DNA of 44,182 bases from an uncultured Thermoprotei archaeon (GTDB taxonomy: Archaea > Thermoproteota > Thermoprotei > Thermofilales > B15-G2), in contig CBDUKN010000021.1 of assembly GCA_965367815.1 (NCBI GenBank), forward strand, positions 1 through 44,182, written 5' to 3'. The notes beneath the pieces are model-generated. The model saw only the letters and a list, made by a program, of their open reading frames with translations, had not been told where the DNA came from and ran no database searches. Positions 39,891 to 44,182 of this stretch are shown here, in pieces (the stretch's first letter is position 1; every line of letters starts with the position of its first letter). Made by a program: the position numbers and the translations under genes.

Positions 39891-40238
39891 AAATTATTTA
39901 GATGAACCGAGGGTAGCTGAGCTATCCTCGGGGAAACAGACCAATGTAAGGGATGAAGCTTATAGGGCTTCCCTAGCCTGTCGAGTAAAAGGGAGGCCCC
40001 GAAATGTTTATTTTCTTTACTTCTCCTCTCATCCCCCGCTACCGTGTTTTTCTGGAGCGATGGGGGATGGGAGGAGAGGAGCCCCGCGACCAAAATGAGC
40101 GGGGACTAGGGGAAACGGCTATAGCCGAATGCTCCCCTGCTCCTAAGGCATTTAGCTGATGAAGGGGTGATTCCGGGGGCCTTACAGTACACAAGTATAC
40201 AGTGTACGGTGCGCTGGGGGTCGTCACGGGGGTTTAGT
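39891..40238 (+). ncRNA. structured leader RNA (copy 2 of shared leader plus extra module)
   Basis: GC-rich stems in AT-rich context; 39891-40067 homologous to 5947-6123. Confidence 0.7.
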
Positions 40239-40339
40239 AAACAGTGTTCATTGATGTTTAGCCTATATACCGATATTTGATTGACTATATTGGTTTATTG
40301 TATGCAGTGTTTTTGAGTAATGTTTCAGAGGTACTAGAG

Positions 40340-40440
40340 CTCTCTGGGGGAGTGGAGCTTTCTCCCAGGGCTCCCGCCACCGTTTCTTTTGGGGCGATGG
40401 GGGCTCTGGGGGAGGCGATGAAACTCCCCCAGAGAGGTGA
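40340..40440 (+). promoter_or_regulatory. 5'-UTR hairpin with K-turn overlapping the Shine-Dalgarno GAGGTGA
   Basis: 14-bp stem 40340-40353/40423-40436; GGA-GC / GC-GAT-GAA K-turn pattern; SD at 40434-40440. Confidence 0.65.
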
Positions 40441-40444
40441 AAAT

Positions 40445-41629
40445 ATGAAAAAAGAAGTATTTGCAGCTTTTAGATTTAGAGTAAAGGTAAGAAAAGAGGA
40501 GGCGAGGAAGATATACGAGGTAATGAAAAGGTACCGAGAGAATATTAAGAAAATTAAGGTTCTAGTGAAGCTTCTGACAAAGCAGGGTTATAGCGAAGAA
40601 GAAGCGCTTAGGATTGCTGTTCAACGCTATAGGATGAAGAATTTGATTATACGTAATAGAGAGAAGTTGGTTGAAGCGTATATTAAGTCGAAGTGTTATC
40701 GAGCGGATTCATTAATTCTATTTAACAGATATGGCTACAAGTATACCTGCTATATAGGTTTGAAAAACAAGGCTTTCCTTAGAATTGGAGGCGAAATTAA
40801 CACATGGCTCCCAGTAAAGAGAAGCATATTCAAAGCTGTTAAGAAGAGGGAAGAGTGGGGCTGGAAACCAGTATTCATTATACTGAAGTTTCTTGGCTTT
40901 AGTAAGAGGAATGGATTATTTGAAGTCGCTTTGATATTCAAGGTTCCAGCGAAGAAGATTTCTTTAAGTGATGTTAAGAGTGCGTTAAGTGAGAATAGGC
41001 TTTCGGTAATTAGTATTGATATTAATGCTATTCATGGTACTTATACTGGTTTATTTAGAGTTCAGGGTAGTGAATTGAAGTTAATTAATGTTAGAAAAAC
41101 TAATACTAGCTGGCGTCTAGTGGAAAGACATATTGAAAGAATTTCAGAGCTTAAGAGTAAGCTTAGGAAGAAAGGATTGTCTCCAAGAGAGTTCAGAGAA
41201 CTAAGGCAACTTGAAAGAAGGATAAGAAACCTTATTCAGTATCCTAAGAGAAAGGGTCTCGGAGTTCTAAGAGAATTGATTAGGAGAGAACAGAAATTAG
41301 GTAGGGTTGTGGTTATTGCAGTAGAGAATATTGATAAAAGGGATATTGAAAAAATGTACAACAATACTAGTAGTGTTAATAGGGCTATTCACTTATTTAT
41401 GCAGGGATGGTTTAAGAAAGTAAAGTTCTTAGCTAGAATAGAGGGGGCGTTCTTCATGGTTGTCGATAAAAGTTGTTCTTCGAAACAGTGCCCAGTATGC
41501 GGTAAATTAATGAAGTTTATTGACAATAGATGGCTTTACTGTAGTCAATGTAGTAAAAGTTATCATAGAGACTTAGCTGCTTTGAGAAATTTAGCGAAAA
41601 GAGCATTAGAGAAAATAAAGGAAACATAA
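40445..41629 (+). CDS. tnpB: TnpB / Cas12f-like RNA-guided endonuclease (394 aa from ATG 40445)
   Basis: ISIDIN, IAVENI, SSKQCPVC...CSQC and HRDLAALRNL: D-E-D triad plus Zn finger; GAGGTGA RBS. Confidence 0.85.
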   Translation: MKKEVFAAFRFRVKVRKEEARKIYEVMKRYRENIKKIKVLVKLLTKQGYSEEEALRIAVQRYRMKNLIIRNREKLVEAYIKSKCYRADSLILFNRYGYKYTCYIGLKNKAFLRIGGEINTWLPVKRSIFKAVKKREEWGWKPVFIILKFLGFSKRNGLFEVALIFKVPAKKISLSDVKSALSENRLSVISIDINAIHGTYTGLFRVQGSELKLINVRKTNTSWRLVERHIERISELKSKLRKKGLSPREFRELRQLERRIRNLIQYPKRKGLGVLRELIRREQKLGRVVVIAVENIDKRDIEKMYNNTSSVNRAIHLFMQGWFKKVKFLARIEGAFFMVVDKSCSSKQCPVCGKLMKFIDNRWLYCSQCSKSYHRDLAALRNLAKRALEKIKET

Positions 41630-41634
41630 GACTT

Positions 41635-41805
41635 TTTACCTTAAAGAGCCTTCTAGGGACAATTGTCCCTAGAAGGGACGATATCTAGTCAGAACTGACC
41701 CCGTGACGACCCCCAGCCCCCGCGATGAAGGCGGGTGCTCCTCCTCTCGATTAGGGGGAGATGACCCCCTTAAAGGAGCTCCGCCCAACACGCGGGGAAA
41801 CAGAA
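41635..41805 (+). ncRNA. putative omega-RNA / right end of element 2
   Basis: 28-bp palindrome 41649-41676; nested stems CCCCGCG/CGCGGGG and GGCGG/CCGCC; GATGA motifs. Confidence 0.65.
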
Positions 41806-41824
41806 CATCGGAGTTGATCATCAC
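41806..41824 (-). pseudogene. orphan 5' half of a box C/D sRNA
   Basis: minus strand GTGATGA + 12-nt guide TCAACTCCGATG, with D' replaced by the element end. Confidence 0.55.
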
Positions 41825-41862
41825 TCAATTTCAAATATACGTTCTAACAAATTAGTATTTAA

Positions 41863-42378
41863 TTATAGTTTTTCTAGTCTTTTTCGCATCTCTAAGTATA
41901 CTTCAGTAGACAGCCTAAATCCACTTACTACAAGTCTATTTAGCAGCTCTAATGCTTTTGTCGATGAAATAAGTCCTTTTCTTACAGCCATGGTAATAAT
42001 GTATAAAGTACCATGAACTTCAATACCCAGCATACGCGCAGCGATCCGCCCTAGTTTGTCGTCAATAATTACATGGCAAGGCTTGTAGGCTAAAGCTAAC
42101 GCTAAAACTTCTGCCTCTCCTCTATCAAGACACGGAAAAAGACGTAGTATACGCTCGACTTCTCGAGAAGAAACCTCTAAAATAGATAATTGTCTACTAT
42201 CAACAGCTTTCTTTACGGCTATAGCGTCTTTGAATCCTTTTTCTAAGCCTTTAATTACAACCTCTCTATACACTTCTAGTGGAATGAGTACCTCTGTGTA
42301 AATGGATAAAAGAAGATTTAGGGCACAGGCTTTCGCTAAATAAATCAGAGGAGAAGAGTTAACTACTGCTCTCTTCAC
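41863..42378 (-). CDS. DUF3368 PIN-domain protein
   Basis: VVNSSPLI, LDRGEAE, IIDD and HGTL motifs. Confidence 0.9.
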   Translation of the reverse strand: MKRAVVNSSPLIYLAKACALNLLLSIYTEVLIPLEVYREVVIKGLEKGFKDAIAVKKAVDSRQLSILEVSSREVERILRLFPCLDRGEAEVLALALAYKPCHVIIDDKLGRIAARMLGIEVHGTLYIITMAVRKGLISSTKALELLNRLVVSGFRLSTEVYLEMRKRLEKL

Positions 42379-42673
42379 TTAAAGCCGCCTCAAAGTCTTC
42401 TTTAAGATCTCTTAGAGTATACTGAATAGTTACTCCATACTTTTCAAGCATATCTACTAACTCCCATAGACTAACACCAGCCAACCGTGCCGCTTTCCAG
42501 AGCGTAACTTTACCTTCAGAGTATAACTTTAAGGCAATCTTAATTTTTCGTTCTCTAACTCCTTCTTCAAGTATTTCTCTAATCACCTCTGCTTTATCTC
42601 TTCCCTCAAGTTCAGCTAGTTCCTCTAACTCTTTCCTAATTTTCTTTGGTACCCTAACAGACAGCACTTCCAT
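42359..42673 (-). CDS. UPF0175 family antitoxin with N-terminal RHH
   Basis: LSVRVPK and YSEGKVTLWKAARLAGVS motifs. Confidence 0.9.
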   Translation of the reverse strand: MEVLSVRVPKKIRKELEELAELEGRDKAEVIREILEEGVRERKIKIALKLYSEGKVTLWKAARLAGVSLWELVDMLEKYGVTIQYTLRDLKEDFEAALSEESSS

Positions 42674-42774
42674 TAATGTCTCCTTGTATACGAGTGTATA
42701 CTAGTATTTAAACTCATTTCACTGAAATACCAACGCAGTCGAGCTGGTCGCTTTTTACACTAAGAGGCTCCTTA

Positions 42775-43212
42775 TTAAGCTCTTTTAGTAGCTACTTTGC
42801 TTTGAAGAGACTCCTCTAATGCTTTCTTAATTGATATATAAGCTGGTATTAGAAAGAAGAGTGCTGGAAGTAAGAAAAGCCATATTCCTGTCGAGTGGAA
42901 GCCAAAGAAACATAATCCTGGTATCAGGCACATTATACCGAATACTTGAGAAAGAAACAGTTCATAATTCTTTTTAGCAACAAGTAAACTATGTAAGGTA
43001 CCGCGAATCCTACTATAAACAGCGGCGAATATACAGTAGCAGGAAAATCCTGCAAAGGATGCGAAAACGCAGATTATGCATATAACTATGCTATTCCAGT
43101 ATATTCTCCTTTCATGAAAATCAATTCTTTTTCTAACAATATATATTTTTCTTAATAACTTTAAGTAAGTGGGTCTCTGCCCTTTCAAAATTTTTAGCTG
43201 AACATACTTCAA
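42775..43212 (-). CDS. hypothetical membrane protein (possibly frameshifted)
   Basis: hydrophobic segments; start uncertain. Confidence 0.4.
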   Translation of the reverse strand: MKYVQLKILKGQRPTYLKLLRKIYIVRKRIDFHERRIYWNSIVICIICVFASFAGFSCYCIFAAVYSRIRGTLHSLLVAKKNYELFLSQVFGIMCLIPGLCFFGFHSTGIWLFLLPALFFLIPAYISIKKALEESLQSKVATKRA

Positions 43213-43752
43213 TAACTATTTTAAGTTTGCTGAAGACTTTACTTAAAAATACACTTAATTTTTATAATTCCTTATTGTCTGAAAAATTCTTTTGTCCTCA
43301 AATAGCTTGTACGGCTATTAACTCCCTTAAACACAACCTTAGCAATATTAAATAGCTTTAATATATCTACTTAATTTTTATCAATATCTTTATAGAACAT
43401 GCTATTACCTTATGTAATATTTTTAGCTATATTAGCTAATTATATATTTATGAATATATTTTAATTAACTAAAAAATATAGGAAGTTCATTAAAATTCAT
43501 TATATCTAACTACTGCAAGAAAATGTAACTCTACCATTAGAAATTTTTTGTACAAATACAAAATATAAAATATTAACTTAGTGCTTTAAAAATCAAACAA
43601 AACGTTCTTTTGACCCTTACCTTTAGTATCTAAAACTATTATTCATAAACTAGCGCATGCCAATTATTAAAATTAGTCTAGTACAAATGTACTTCAAGAT
43701 TAAATTATAAATAAAAACTATAGTAAATGTTTTCCACAGCTTGCTTGTGTAA

Positions 43753-44061
43753 TTAAAGGTTTAACTCTTTTTTAATTATTTCAAGTACTAAGTAAGCAAT
43801 ATCTCTATCTGCTATAATAAATATCTCATTATCTCCTCTTCTGTACATCACTATAGCCTTACCCTCTTTTGTTTCTAGAATAATCTTAGATGCTTTTACT
43901 TTCTTAAAATAATCGTGAAGTTTGTATGCTATCTTAGTGGTACTAGGATCACCGCCTTCAATTATTTTCCTGTGTTTGCTAATAATAGCTAAGTAGGACA
44001 AATTATATCTTCTTAAAATAGCTTTTGTTTTATTTATTTTACTACTATTTATATTAATCAT
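43753..44061 (-). CDS. hypothetical protein, possibly Roadblock/LC7-like
   Basis: 102 aa, helix-beta2-helix-beta3-helix pattern (IILETKEGKAIV). Confidence 0.45.
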   Translation of the reverse strand: MININSSKINKTKAILRRYNLSYLAIISKHRKIIEGGDPSTTKIAYKLHDYFKKVKASKIILETKEGKAIVMYRRGDNEIFIIADRDIAYLVLEIIKKELNL

Positions 44062-44182
44062 ACTATCACTTTAAGAATGATTTAAAGAATGCGGTCAAAA
44101 ATAAGACTACTCTGGATATATTTTTATTCTGCATGTTGTGTATCCTGTTGCCCAGCAGTGTGTTTCTATTGCGTGGTGTTGT

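Larger units (their letters stand above)
39891..41805 (+). mobile_element. TnpA-less TnpB element 2 with a long structured 5' region
   Basis: shared leader, extra structured modules, tnpB, structured 3' end; both ends approximate. Confidence 0.7.

Noticed and set aside
39749-40227. Minus-strand ORFs of 114 and 62 aa
   Set aside because: They run antisense through the structured leader and pseudogene and have no protein-like features
40176-40232. Group II intron domain V-like hairpin and GTGCG 5' motif
   Set aside because: Catalytic triad and stem are imperfect, there are no recognisable domains I-IV and no RT gene
41676-41692. Group I intron S-like motif (IStron hypothesis)
   Set aside because: No matching R/P7 partner or P4-P6 core could be identified
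40109-41805. RNase P RNA-like words (GAAACGG, TAGCCGAATGCTCCC, GAAGGCGGG, GGAGCTCCGCCC, AACAGAA)
   Set aside because: Order and spacing do not fit RNase P conserved regions I-V, and the words are explained by local hairpins; cmscan would settle it
39891-41860. CRISPR array / Cas12f system
   Set aside because: No regularly spaced repeats and no cas1/cas2 near either TnpB-like gene

Overview
This window comes from an AT-rich archaeal chromosome, probably Thermoproteota-like. The basis is the gene repertoire (V4R, AglH/GPT, asparagine synthetase A, Lrp, PIN/UPF0175 pairs), GAGGTGA-type ribosome-binding sites and box C/D sRNAs. Most of it is ordinary metabolic and regulatory genes plus four toxin-antitoxin-like modules. 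The notable part is a set of TnpA-less TnpB elements. Two full-length but very divergent tnpB genes (6128-7591 and 40445-41629) share a ~175-nt covarying, K-turn-rich structured leader. A third, truncated copy (26882-27175, minus strand) defines an omega-RNA right end. The second tnpB ORF is bracketed by a perfect 19-bp long-range stem. It sits in a ~3.1-kb island bounded by an 11-bp direct repeat that lies inside a box C/D sRNA guide, suggesting integration into a C/D sRNA gene. Also present are three C/D sRNAs, a frameshifted cysteine-rich secreted peptide locus and several frameshifted pseudogenes. All calls are from reading the sequence by eye; no searches or folding programs were run.
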